A stretch of 64,000 bases of DNA. Origin: Candidatus Parcubacteria bacterium. Its GTDB lineage: Bacteria; Patescibacteriota; Patescibacteriia; Patescibacteriales; UBA12465. Positions 9,174-18,119 of the stretch are shown piece after piece. The stretch spans positions 5,470 through 69,469 of the forward strand of contig AP029158.1 of NCBI GenBank assembly GCA_037076615.1, in the 5' to 3' direction. The position numbers and the translations under genes were made by a program. Each line of letters opens with the position of its first letter. The stretch's first letter is position 1. The notes below the pieces were generated by a model. The model searched no databases. It was not told the DNA's origin and saw only the letters and a list, made by a program, of their open reading frames with translations.

Positions 9174-10952
9174 ATGACTGCTAAAAAACAACAACTTAAA
9201 GACCTCTTAAAGATTCATTTTGGTTATGAATCTTTTCGTCCTGGCCAGGAAGAAGCTTTAGATGTCATTTTAAATAATCAAGATACGGTTGTTATTTTAC
9301 CGACTGGTGGCGGCAAATCTTTAATTTATCAATTACCCGCTTTAGTTTTAGATGGGGTGACGATTGTGATCTCCCCGCTCATTGCGCTGATGAAAGATCA
9401 GGTTGATTCTTTAGAAAAAGTTGGTATTCCGGCGACCTTTATTAACTCGTCAATTTCACCACTAGAGATGTCGGCTCGTTGGGAGCGAGTGGCGAGCGGT
9501 TATTATAAAATTGTTTATTTAGCTCCCGAGCGTTTTTATAATCAAAACTTCTTAGCGGATTTAAAAAAAATTAAAGTTTCTTTATTAGCGATCGATGAAG
9601 CCCATTGTATTAGTCAGTGGGGGCACGATTTTCGTCCCAGTTATTTACGCTTAAAAGAGGCTGCTAAATTAATGGGTCGACCCCCGATAGTCGCTCTTAC
9701 AGCCACGGCTACACCAGAAGTTCGCGAAGATATTGTGGCCCAGTTACAGCTTAAAAATCCGGCGCAAATTGTGACGGGGTTTTCGCGACCCAACTTACAA
9801 TTTGCAGTTGTTCAAGCCAATAATAATCAAAAAATACAATATATTGTTGATACTGTTAGCGACGAAAAGTTGGGTTGCGGGATAATTTATACCGGCACGC
9901 GGGCGAAAGCCGATGAGCTGGCCAACTTATTGGTGGCCCGAGGAGTGGAGGCGGTGGTTTATCACGCCGGTTTAGATGCTAGTAGTCGCGCTTGGGTCCA
10001 GGACAGTTTTATCAGTGGTCAGGCACGCGTCGTTATTGCGACTAATGCTTTTGGCTTGGGGGTTAACAAAAAGAATGTCCGTTTTGTTATTCACCATGAC
10101 CTACCGGGAACAATAGAGGCTTATTATCAGGAAGCTGGTCGGGCGGGTCGTGATGGTTTGCCGAGTTTTTGTTTATTATTTTACACTCCCCAAGATCGCT
10201 ATTTACGCGAATTTTTTATTAAAGGTGATAATCCGGAACCCCATATCATTCGGGAAGTTTATGATTTACTAAGGCTTTGGTCTGATAGCAATGAAAAAAT
10301 TGGCCAAGATACGGTTTTGTTTACTTATTCGGAAATCATTCAGAATCTATCAGAAAGCGTTCCGGAAATGACCGTGGGTAGTGTTTTAAAAATTTTAGAA
10401 AAAGAGGGTTACTTATCTCGTCCGAATGAAAAAACTAGCAATGGTTTTTTAAAGGCTAAGGTCGATTATGATACTTTGTTTAACTTTATTTCTCGGCGAG
10501 CGAAAACACAGCTAGAAGTGGTTAATGCCTTATTTGAAAAATTTGCCGCCGAATTAAAAAGTGGGTGGGATTTTAATTTGGAAGAAACCGCGACTATTAT
10601 TGGGGTTAAAAAAGAGTCTTTAAATCGGACCATCAAAAAATTAGCCGAACAGGATCTACTGGAATACCGCCCGCCCTTTAGAGGGACAGAGATTAGGATT
10701 CTGAAAAAAGCGCGCGGCGAAGATTTAGATTTAAATTTTAAAGCCTTAAAAGAAAAAGCAGAGCGCGCTTATGAAAAATTAGATGAGATGGAGCAGTATG
10801 TTTATCAGGTTGGCTGTCGCGAGCAGTATATTCTTAAATATTTTGGAGTTTTAGATGCCAAGGAGTGCGGCCATTGTGATCGCTGTTTAAAGGCCGCTCG
10901 TCACCTGTCTAAAGGCGGCAAAGATTATCGCCACCGCGAATATCTAAAATAA
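9174..10952 (+). CDS. recQ: ATP-dependent DNA helicase RecQ
   Basis: FGYESFRPGQ, PTGGGKS, DEAHCISQWGHDFRP, TATAT, QEAGRAGRDG, C-terminal Zn motif CGHCDRC. Confidence 0.93.
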   Translation: MTAKKQQLKDLLKIHFGYESFRPGQEEALDVILNNQDTVVILPTGGGKSLIYQLPALVLDGVTIVISPLIALMKDQVDSLEKVGIPATFINSSISPLEMSARWERVASGYYKIVYLAPERFYNQNFLADLKKIKVSLLAIDEAHCISQWGHDFRPSYLRLKEAAKLMGRPPIVALTATATPEVREDIVAQLQLKNPAQIVTGFSRPNLQFAVVQANNNQKIQYIVDTVSDEKLGCGIIYTGTRAKADELANLLVARGVEAVVYHAGLDASSRAWVQDSFISGQARVVIATNAFGLGVNKKNVRFVIHHDLPGTIEAYYQEAGRAGRDGLPSFCLLFYTPQDRYLREFFIKGDNPEPHIIREVYDLLRLWSDSNEKIGQDTVLFTYSEIIQNLSESVPEMTVGSVLKILEKEGYLSRPNEKTSNGFLKAKVDYDTLFNFISRRAKTQLEVVNALFEKFAAELKSGWDFNLEETATIIGVKKESLNRTIKKLAEQDLLEYRPPFRGTEIRILKKARGEDLDLNFKALKEKAERAYEKLDEMEQYVYQVGCREQYILKYFGVLDAKECGHCDRCLKAARHLSKGGKDYRHREYLK

Positions 10953-10954
10953 GT

Positions 10955-11653
10955 ATGACTGAACTAGAAGAAGCTTTAGAAAAAATTGTTCGTGAGGGTT
11001 ATGACAAAATTGCTCCCGAGTTTGCGACTTCTCGTCGTCGGGGCAGTGGCCCTAAAATAGAGAAATTTTTAAGCTACTTGCCTAAATCTGGAAGCATTTT
11101 AGATTTAGGCTGTGGCTCGGGACGGCTGATTCCTTACTTGTCTCCAGAATTGGAATATTTAGGAGTTGATCCCAGTCCAAAATTGCTAGCGCTGGCTAAA
11201 GAAGCTTATCCTCAACACCGTTTTAAACAAGGTGATTTTTCAGAGGCTGATCATTGGGGGCAGTTTTCGGCCGTTGTTAGCTTAGCGGCTTGGCACCATT
11301 TAGCTAGTTCGGCGGGGCGCCTTGAAGCCCTTTCTAAAATGGCTCAAGCTACTTTACCGGGTGGGGTAATAATAATTAGTGTTTGGAATTTTTGGGGGCG
11401 CTTAAAAAGACGGCGTCAACTGTGGCGCAATTTCTGGTTACGCCCACGTTTAGGGGGTAAACGGTTAGCGGCTAATGACCTTCTTTTTCCTTGGAAAAAT
11501 CAAGCTGGTGAAACCATTGCCCTTCGTTATTATCACGCCTTTTCCCGGATTGAGATTAAGAAGTTGTTAAAGAGCGCCAAGGCGCGCCCGGAAGATTATC
11601 GCTTAATTAGTGATGCGGATAATCATTGGCTGATTTGGCGTCCGTCAGCCTAG
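10955..11653 (+). CDS. Class I SAM-dependent methyltransferase
   Basis: Motif I ILDLGCGSGR, post-I LGVDPS. Translationally adjacent to recQ. Confidence 0.75.
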   Translation: MTELEEALEKIVREGYDKIAPEFATSRRRGSGPKIEKFLSYLPKSGSILDLGCGSGRLIPYLSPELEYLGVDPSPKLLALAKEAYPQHRFKQGDFSEADHWGQFSAVVSLAAWHHLASSAGRLEALSKMAQATLPGGVIIISVWNFWGRLKRRRQLWRNFWLRPRLGGKRLAANDLLFPWKNQAGETIALRYYHAFSRIEIKKLLKSAKARPEDYRLISDADNHWLIWRPSA

Positions 11654-11656
11654 GCC

Positions 11657-11686
11657 TTGACACCCCGTGGGGGTATGGTGTATACT
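11657..11686 (+). promoter_or_regulatory. Sigma70-type promoter with embedded G/C-tract inverted repeat (candidate CsoR-family operator)
   Basis: TTGACA (11657-11662), an 18-nt spacer, then TATACT (11681-11686) preceded by TG. The spacer contains ACCCC-GTG-GGGGT, a perfect 5+5 inverted repeat. Confidence 0.5.
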
Positions 11687-11693
11687 TCTAGGT

Positions 11694-11930
11694 ATGAAAA
11701 CTAACGAGCAACGAATTAATAATATTATTGGTCAACTAAACGGAATTAAACGTTTGCTGGTTGAGCCAAAAACTGATTGCTTTCAAGTAATCACTCAATT
11801 AAAGGCGACCAAGGCGGCTCTTGATTCTTTGGCCACTAAAATTCTTAGTGACGAAGCCTTGCCTTGTTTGGCAAGCGAGCCAGCTAAGCAAACCCAACTT
11901 AATAAAATTTTAAAAGAAATTGTTAAATAA
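11694..11930 (+). CDS. CsoR/RcnR/FrmR-family metal- or stress-sensing transcriptional repressor (DUF156)
   Basis: MKTNEQRINNIIGQLNGIKRLL..DCFQVITQLKATKAALDSL..LPC fits the family helical pattern. Likely start is the ATG at 11694, not the GTG at 11667. Confidence 0.8.
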   Translation: MKTNEQRINNIIGQLNGIKRLLVEPKTDCFQVITQLKATKAALDSLATKILSDEALPCLASEPAKQTQLNKILKEIVK

Positions 11931-11937
11931 AAAATTT

Positions 11938-12267
11938 ATGGCTAATGTTTTAGAGATTAACAAAAACCAGTTTGCTGGCGAAGTTCTTCAGTCGGAGCAA
12001 CCAGTGTTAGTGGATTTTTGGGCCCCCTGGTGTATGCCTTGTCGCCTGATGAGTCCCACTTTAGATGAATTGTCAAAAGACCTAGAAGGTCGTCTCAAAA
12101 TTGTTAAAGTTAATACCGAGGAGCCAGAAAATCAAAGCCTGGCGGTAGAATACCAAATTCAAAGCATTCCGAATTTAAAACTCTTTAAAAAAGGTGAAAT
12201 CGTAGCGGAATTTGTCGGTTTACGATCTAAAGATAGCCTCAAGTCTGATTTGGACGCTTGGCTTTAA
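11938..12267 (+). CDS. trxA: Thioredoxin (active site WCMPC)
   Basis: VLVDFWAPWCMPCRLMSP..LKIVKVNTEE..IQSIPNLKLFKKGE. The ATG at 11938 is the likely start. Confidence 0.9.
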   Translation: MANVLEINKNQFAGEVLQSEQPVLVDFWAPWCMPCRLMSPTLDELSKDLEGRLKIVKVNTEEPENQSLAVEYQIQSIPNLKLFKKGEIVAEFVGLRSKDSLKSDLDAWL

Positions 12268-12294
12268 GAGGTTTAAAAAATATTCATAAAAAAA

Positions 12295-12317
12295 ACGAGC
12301 TTAACGCTCGTTTTTTG
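12295..12317 (+). terminator. Intrinsic terminator after trxA
   Basis: ACGAGC-TTAAC-GCTCGT followed by T6. Confidence 0.75.
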
Positions 12318-12387
12318 TTTACCTATTGACAATAATTCGTAAAAGAGTTAGAGTGTAGCCTAGTCTTTAACAATTAAATAGGAGGAT

Positions 12388-12819
12388 ATGGAGGTAAAAA
12401 AAGTCTCAAAAGAGTATTACCTGGCTTTAGAAAAGAGGGTAAAAGAGTTTGAAAAAAGCATTCAAATGTTGCAGCGACTATCTCGAGAAGATAAGAATTT
12501 GGGCGTAGATACCAGTTTTGAAAGCGGCGAAGAGAAGATTTTGCAACGGCAGCTTAGAAAGGCAAAGGCCGACTTGCATTCTGTTCAGGCCGTGGCCAAT
12601 CCTAAAGACAGTGGTGTCGTTCAGGTTGGTTCCACGGTCACTCTTCAGGTGAATGGAGAAATTCATGATCTCCGACTTGAAGGTGTCGCCTCTTGTGCCG
12701 GTGTGATTACTACCGATGCCCCTTTAGGAAAAAAACTCTTAGGGAAAAGTAAAGGAGCGATTATAAATATTCAAAAAAATCGCTACAAAATTTTAGAAGT
12801 TACGGCTAAAAGTCTGTAA
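12388..12819 (+). CDS. GreA/GreB-family transcription factor-like protein
   Basis: N-terminal coiled-coil plus a C-terminal GreA-type domain (VQVGSTVTLQ..DAPLGKKLLGKSKGAIINI). AGGAGG SD 5 nt upstream. Confidence 0.65.
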   Translation: MEVKKVSKEYYLALEKRVKEFEKSIQMLQRLSREDKNLGVDTSFESGEEKILQRQLRKAKADLHSVQAVANPKDSGVVQVGSTVTLQVNGEIHDLRLEGVASCAGVITTDAPLGKKLLGKSKGAIINIQKNRYKILEVTAKSL

Positions 12820-12827
12820 ATCATGGT

Positions 12828-12861
12828 ACGGGAAAACTTAAAGTTTTTCCGTATTTTTTTT
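12828..12861 (+). terminator. Intrinsic terminator
   Basis: ACGGGAAAAC-TTAAA-GTTTTTCCGT plus a T-run. A second, convergent hairpin at 12866-12896 serves the minus-strand gene. Confidence 0.75.
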
Positions 12862-12918
12862 AAACAAAAAGACTGTCAGTCAAGACAGCCTTTTTTATAT
12901 AGAGATTTAAACTCTTAT

Positions 12919-13905
12919 TTATTCGCAAGCGGCGGCGACAGCGGAGTTAGTTGTTCCGACGCCTAGACCAGGAGCTGGCGAGGCGGAGGGTAAGCTGGTG
13001 TCATTACACTCTTCGGGAGCATTTTCAAAGGCGGCGCAAATAGTGTTTAGCAAGCTGACGCTATCGCGAGCGGGAGAAACAGTGGCACCATTGATTACCA
13101 AGGTTGGGGAACCACCGACTCCGTATTGGTCATTATCAGCCTTATAAACGTCGAAGCCTGGATAGGAGCCACTGTAACCAATATTATTCTCAAAATTTTC
13201 AGTGACTTTATATTCATTATCAGTGGCGGTAATACAAGCATCGTTTTGGGTTTTATTTATGCCGGCTTCAGCTAAACAGCCTTCAGTATCACCTTCTTTA
13301 GTGAAGCATTGAACGTAATCACTTAACTTGTCGCCCTGCTCTTTCTGGATGCAGTATTGAACTAAGTTTTCTTCAATTTCCTTCTCACCGTGCATGATAT
13401 AGTCATTGAACTTTAATTCAAAATCAATCTTATCTCCTAAGAGATCAACAACCGGGAAGATTCCTTTTTCCATTTGTAAACCGTAAGGGCAATAACTCAT
13501 CACGAATAATTCAACTGTCGGTTTTTCTGATTTAGGTACATCTTGAACTGGCACTTCTCCATCGGCATTGTCACTAGGAGAGGCATTAGCCATCTCTTCT
13601 CTAACTTCAGCAATATCTAAAGCTTGTGGAAAGAAAAGTTTACCATCGCGAGAAAGATAGGAATCAACCATTTGTCCGGCGCCAACATCCATTTTTAACT
13701 TATATAAATCGTACTCTTCGCTTACTTCTTTTACCAAGGCAACGCTTCCGGGTTGCATTAAAAAAGAATTAACAAAATTTTCTCCTTGGGCGGCAGCCTC
13801 TTTTTTACTAATCGTGCCTCGGTTATTTAAAACAATTCCCAAAATAACGGCCACGACTACCAATAAAAGAACAACCCCTAAGAGAAGATTATTTTTTTTC
13901 TTCAT
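12919..13905 (-). CDS. Membrane-anchored thioredoxin-fold (DsbA-like) protein with CPYG in place of CxxC
   Basis: N-terminal TM, the segment VELFVMSYCPYGLQMEKG at the usual CxxC position, and a Cys-rich C-terminal half. Confidence 0.5.
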   Translation of the reverse strand: MKKKNNLLLGVVLLLVVVAVILGIVLNNRGTISKKEAAAQGENFVNSFLMQPGSVALVKEVSEEYDLYKLKMDVGAGQMVDSYLSRDGKLFFPQALDIAEVREEMANASPSDNADGEVPVQDVPKSEKPTVELFVMSYCPYGLQMEKGIFPVVDLLGDKIDFELKFNDYIMHGEKEIEENLVQYCIQKEQGDKLSDYVQCFTKEGDTEGCLAEAGINKTQNDACITATDNEYKVTENFENNIGYSGSYPGFDVYKADNDQYGVGGSPTLVINGATVSPARDSVSLLNTICAAFENAPEECNDTSLPSASPAPGLGVGTTNSAVAAACE

Positions 13906-13984
13906 AATTTTCTTAAATTATTAATTACTTTATAAAAAATCAATGAACTTATTATAGCTAAAAACAAACCAAGCGTCAAAATTA

Positions 13985-14746
13985 CTAAACCGTACGGTTT
14001 AAAAAATTTTCCAAATCTTCAGGGAGCTTAATTTCAAAAACTTTATCTTCGCCGGCCGGGTCGCGAAAAGCTAAACCTTTAGCAACCAAAAACAATCTAC
14101 CTAAATTAACTTTTTCATTTTTAACTTTCGTTTTTTTAGTGTGGTAAAGAGTGTCGCCTAACAAGGGGTGTCCATAAGCAAAAAAATGAACTCTAATTTG
14201 GTGAGTTCGTCCGGTTTTTATTTTAACTTCCAATAAGCTGTAGTTAACAAATCTTTTTAAAACAATAAATTTTGTGAGTGCTACCCGGGCCTGCTTATGA
14301 GCGGCTACTAAACCCCGGTCACGATTATTTAATTGTTTTTTCGCATTTAAATTGGGGCCCGTAAAAGGGAGAGCGACCATGCGATGTCCGGACTGGGAGC
14401 GGTTAATGGAAAAATTTAGGGTGGCCTCGTCTTTAGTAATTTGACCATGAACTAGAGCCCAATAAGTTTTTTCTACTTTTCTAGTTTTAAAAAGTTTTTT
14501 AAAATATTCCCAAGCCAGATTAGTTTTGGCGACAATCATTAGTCCGCTCGCCTCTCTATCTAAACGATGGACAATTCCTGGGCGCAGCGGATCATCACCA
14601 ACCGCACCGATATCGGGGTAATTCTCTTTTAACCAATCGGTCAAAAGAGGACCATTAACTCCGGGGCCACCATGGACAGTCCAACCTGCCGGTTTGTCTA
14701 AAACCAGATAGTCTTCTGTTTCCCAAATAATTTTTGGTTCCGACAT
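13985..14746 (-). CDS. RluA-family pseudouridine synthase
   Basis: Catalytic motif HRLDREASGLMIVAK and KTGRTHQIRVH. Confidence 0.9.
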   Translation of the reverse strand: MSEPKIIWETEDYLVLDKPAGWTVHGGPGVNGPLLTDWLKENYPDIGAVGDDPLRPGIVHRLDREASGLMIVAKTNLAWEYFKKLFKTRKVEKTYWALVHGQITKDEATLNFSINRSQSGHRMVALPFTGPNLNAKKQLNNRDRGLVAAHKQARVALTKFIVLKRFVNYSLLEVKIKTGRTHQIRVHFFAYGHPLLGDTLYHTKKTKVKNEKVNLGRLFLVAKGLAFRDPAGEDKVFEIKLPEDLENFLNRTV

Positions 14747-14749
14747 ATA

Positions 14750-16201
14750 TTAACGGCGTTTAAGAATTTGTAAGTCAGCCTTGGTTATTCCCTTTAAAAG
14801 GTAAAGGCTAATAAAATAAATTAAGCTAGCGCTAGTAATAAGAGTTAATAGGCCGAACCAATTCCAGGCCCAACTTTTAGGAAGAGCTACAATAAAGAGG
14901 CCCATAATTAAGGCGGCGAGTAGTGATTTAAGTGTGACTTTAAAATGAATCTTAAAGTCGGTGTGTTTTTTTACTAAGCGGATTGCTAAATAGGCTATAC
15001 CCCATTCGCTATAAAGAGTCACTAAGGCGGCACCTAAATAAGACCAACGCGGAATTAGTAAAACATACAAAAGCAAAGAACTCAAGGCGATAAAAAGGTA
15101 GGCACCAATAATTTTCTTTTGCTGGTCGGCCGCTAAAATGGCATGGGAAAAAATACAGCCAATAAAAATGCCGGCGACCGCTAAAATGAGAATTTTTAGA
15201 ATTAGCCCACTGGCGGCAAATTCGGATCCTGCCAAGAGCGTCATAACCGGATCGCCTAAAATGAAGGTGCCAATTACTAGGGGAAGCGCCAGTATACTCA
15301 TGAGGTCTAAAGATTTTTGAAGTACTTTTCTAAAATAATCCATTTTCCCCTCCCCCCAAGCGCGGGTTAAAATCGGCAGAATAATGCCGGCAAATAAAAA
15401 AGGTAAAGTTGTTAGAACTTCTACCGCCCTATCGGCGGCTCCATATAAACCGACGTCTTCAGCTGGGCGAGTTAGCGATAAAACAATGGTGTCGCTCTTT
15501 AGATAAATTAAATTTAAAAGCGTGGTGACTGCTAGAGGCCAGCTCCGAGACAAGACTTGGCGCCAAAAAATAAAATCAAAGCGTGGTTTTAATAAATGAA
15601 TTGAGCTGGCCAGAAAATAAGCTAAGAAAAAACTACCGGCGGCTGATAAAACATGAGCCCAAAGCAAGCCATTTAAACCACCATCTCTGTAACTAACTAA
15701 AACAATACCGACAATTAAAATAATTCTACCGAAAACTTCCGCCACCGCTGCTTGGTTAAGTCGTAAATGTTTTTGGAGTAAGCCAATGATAATTTGATTG
15801 AGTGCCGGGAATATATAAGAAAGAGTACTGATCAGAATACCTATCTTAATAGCCGGGCTATAAGGAAAAAAAGAACCAATAATCGGGGCGAGAGCCAAGA
15901 TACCAATAATGGAAACTAGACGCAAGCCAAAGAGGCCATTTAAAATTCGAGGCTCGTCAGCTCCGGGACGACTAATCATTTGGCTGGTAACTAAAGTCAT
16001 GCCTAGATCCGCTAAGGTCGCAAAAAAAGAAATAAAAGCAATAATCGTGGTGTAATTACCAAATCCTTCTAAGCCTAGATAACGAGTTATTAAGGCTACA
16101 GAAATTAAACCGATAACGGTTGAAATAATTTTACCGCCAATTTGAATGGCGGTATTATAAACGACCTTGGTGGCCAGCTTGGTCGGTTTGTCAGCAGGCA
16201 T
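14750..16201 (-). CDS. MOP-superfamily flippase (Wzx/MurJ-like polysaccharide or lipid-linked oligosaccharide exporter)
   Basis: About 12-14 TM helices with a Wzx-like N-terminus (KVVYNTAIQIGGKIISTVIGLI). The likely start is the ATG at 16201 (MPADKPT..) rather than 16288. Confidence 0.7.
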   Translation of the reverse strand: MPADKPTKLATKVVYNTAIQIGGKIISTVIGLISVALITRYLGLEGFGNYTTIIAFISFFATLADLGMTLVTSQMISRPGADEPRILNGLFGLRLVSIIGILALAPIIGSFFPYSPAIKIGILISTLSYIFPALNQIIIGLLQKHLRLNQAAVAEVFGRIILIVGIVLVSYRDGGLNGLLWAHVLSAAGSFFLAYFLASSIHLLKPRFDFIFWRQVLSRSWPLAVTTLLNLIYLKSDTIVLSLTRPAEDVGLYGAADRAVEVLTTLPFLFAGIILPILTRAWGEGKMDYFRKVLQKSLDLMSILALPLVIGTFILGDPVMTLLAGSEFAASGLILKILILAVAGIFIGCIFSHAILAADQQKKIIGAYLFIALSSLLLYVLLIPRWSYLGAALVTLYSEWGIAYLAIRLVKKHTDFKIHFKVTLKSLLAALIMGLFIVALPKSWAWNWFGLLTLITSASLIYFISLYLLKGITKADLQILKRR

Positions 16202-16245
16202 TTTTTTAACTATAATATGATTAGTGTTAAAATTATAACAAAAAT

Positions 16246-16674
16246 ATGAGACTTTCGAAAAAAATTGGCATTTTAAGCCTAGGGACAATAATGGCTGGCG
16301 CTTTATTTTTTAGTGCTCCGGTCTTGGCTGACAACTCTTTGCTTAATCAACAAACACTTTTACAAGAGGTTGGTGGGCAGGCTTATAATACCAAAAAACC
16401 TCAGGATGCCAAAAAAACAATTTTAGAGATAGTTAATGTTATCTTAGGCTTTTTAGCTTTAATCGCCGTCATTTTGTTGGTTGTTTCCGGCTTCCAGTAT
16501 ATGATTTCGGGGGGGAACAAGGATAAAATGAGCAAAGCTTTAGGTAATATTAAAAGTCTGGCGGTTGGCTTAGTCATTGTTTTAGCGGCCTGGGGAATAG
16601 CCTATTATATTCTCAATGTCTTGGTTTGTGTGACCACGACGAATGGAGCGGTGGAGTGTAAAAATTTCTGGTGA
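16246..16674 (+). CDS. Small secreted/membrane protein resembling CPR 'type IV secretion system pilin' (TrbC/VirB2-like) family
   Basis: Signal peptide, then ..ILGFLALIAVILLVVSGFQYMISGGNKDKMSKALGNIKSLAVGLVIVLAAWGIAYYILN, the two-helix hairpin pattern of that family (from memory of PF18895-type sequences). Confidence 0.55.
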   Translation: MRLSKKIGILSLGTIMAGALFFSAPVLADNSLLNQQTLLQEVGGQAYNTKKPQDAKKTILEIVNVILGFLALIAVILLVVSGFQYMISGGNKDKMSKALGNIKSLAVGLVIVLAAWGIAYYILNVLVCVTTTNGAVECKNFW

Positions 16675-16758
16675 TTTTTTGACAATTCTTAGAAAACTGG
16701 TATTATATAAATAAAGCTAGTTGTTTTCACAATTAGCTTTTTCTCTAATTAAATATCT

Positions 16759-18078
16759 ATGTCCGAATTAACAAGTGCCATTAAATTGGTTTGTGAAGAA
16801 AAAAATTTAGATTATGATACTGTTGTCAATACGATTGAGCTCGCCCTCGCAGCTGCTTATCGTAAGGATTATGGTGAAAAAAATCAAAATATTAAAGTAA
16901 AATTTGATCCGGAAACAGCGATCAGCGAAATTTTTGATATTAAAACGGTGGTGGAGGATTTACCGGAGCAAGAGGAAGTGGAAATGCTCAAGCGTCTATA
17001 TGGGCCGGTTGATAAAAATTCTAAAGAGGAGCCGGTTTATGTTGAGCCAGAGCTTGATGCTGACGGTGAGGAGATTAGAAAATTTAATCCCAAAACCGAT
17101 ATCCAGCTGAAAGAGGCGAAAATTTTAAAAGCCGGTGCTCAGATTGGTGATGAGATTGTGACTGAGCTGCCAATCCCCGAAAGTTATGGTCGCATGGCCG
17201 CTCAGACCGCTAAACAAGTAATTATCCAGAAACTCCGAGAAATGGAGCGCAATATGATTTTTGGTGAGTTTAAAGATAAGGAAGGTGAAGTTATTTCCGG
17301 TATTATTCAGCGCCGCGAAGGCCGTTTGGTTTTTGTTGATTTAGGCAAAACTATCGGCTTACTACCCCCCGAGGAGCAGATTTATAGTGAGCGCTATGAT
17401 GTTGGCGATCGTTATAAGGTCTATGTTAAAGAAGTCCGTGAAGGGCACCGGGGTCCGGAAATTATTTTATCTCGCCGCAGCGAAGAAATCCTTAAAAAAG
17501 TTTTTTATTTGGAAATCCCCGAAATTGCCAATGGTTTGGTTGAGCTGAAAGCGGTTGCCCGGGAAGCCGGTTCTCGCTCTAAAGTGGCGATTTGGACCGA
17601 GGCAGAGAATGTTGATCCGGTCGGCTCCTGTGTTGGCCAGCGTGGATCGCGCATCCAAACAATTATTAGTGAATTAGGTGGCGAAAAAGTAGATATTATT
17701 GAATACAGTGAAGACCCGGAGAAGTTTATCGCTAACGCTTTAGCTCCCGCTAAAGTGGTTGATATTGAACTAGTGGAAGCTGAACATAAGGCAATCGTTA
17801 AAGTTGATCCCGATAAGTTATCCTTAGCCATTGGTAAGAGTGGGCAAAATGTTCGTTTAGCCGCTCATTTAACTGGCTGGAAAATTGATATTATTTCTGA
17901 CGGTGAAGAAGTTGTGGCTAGTGAGGATGAGGAGAAAGTTTCTCTGGAAGAAGAAGTTATTGTTAGCGAGGATGAAGAGAAAATTGAAGAAGAAGTGGTT
18001 GAGGCAGAGAAAAAAGAAGAAAAGAAAAAAACCGCCAAAAAGGCCAGTACTAAAACAAAAAAAGACATTAAAGAATAA
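16759..18078 (+). CDS. nusA: Transcription termination/antitermination factor NusA with acidic/lysine-rich tail
   Basis: S1 and two KH domains (GSRSKVAIW..DPVGSCVGQRGSRIQ..LAIGKSGQNVRLA). Confidence 0.93.
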   Translation: MSELTSAIKLVCEEKNLDYDTVVNTIELALAAAYRKDYGEKNQNIKVKFDPETAISEIFDIKTVVEDLPEQEEVEMLKRLYGPVDKNSKEEPVYVEPELDADGEEIRKFNPKTDIQLKEAKILKAGAQIGDEIVTELPIPESYGRMAAQTAKQVIIQKLREMERNMIFGEFKDKEGEVISGIIQRREGRLVFVDLGKTIGLLPPEEQIYSERYDVGDRYKVYVKEVREGHRGPEIILSRRSEEILKKVFYLEIPEIANGLVELKAVAREAGSRSKVAIWTEAENVDPVGSCVGQRGSRIQTIISELGGEKVDIIEYSEDPEKFIANALAPAKVVDIELVEAEHKAIVKVDPDKLSLAIGKSGQNVRLAAHLTGWKIDIISDGEEVVASEDEEKVSLEEEVIVSEDEEKIEEEVVEAEKKEEKKKTAKKASTKTKKDIKE

Positions 18079-18119
18079 TATAATAAAAAAACCGCTTGGC
18101 GGTTTGAAACAGAAAAAGT

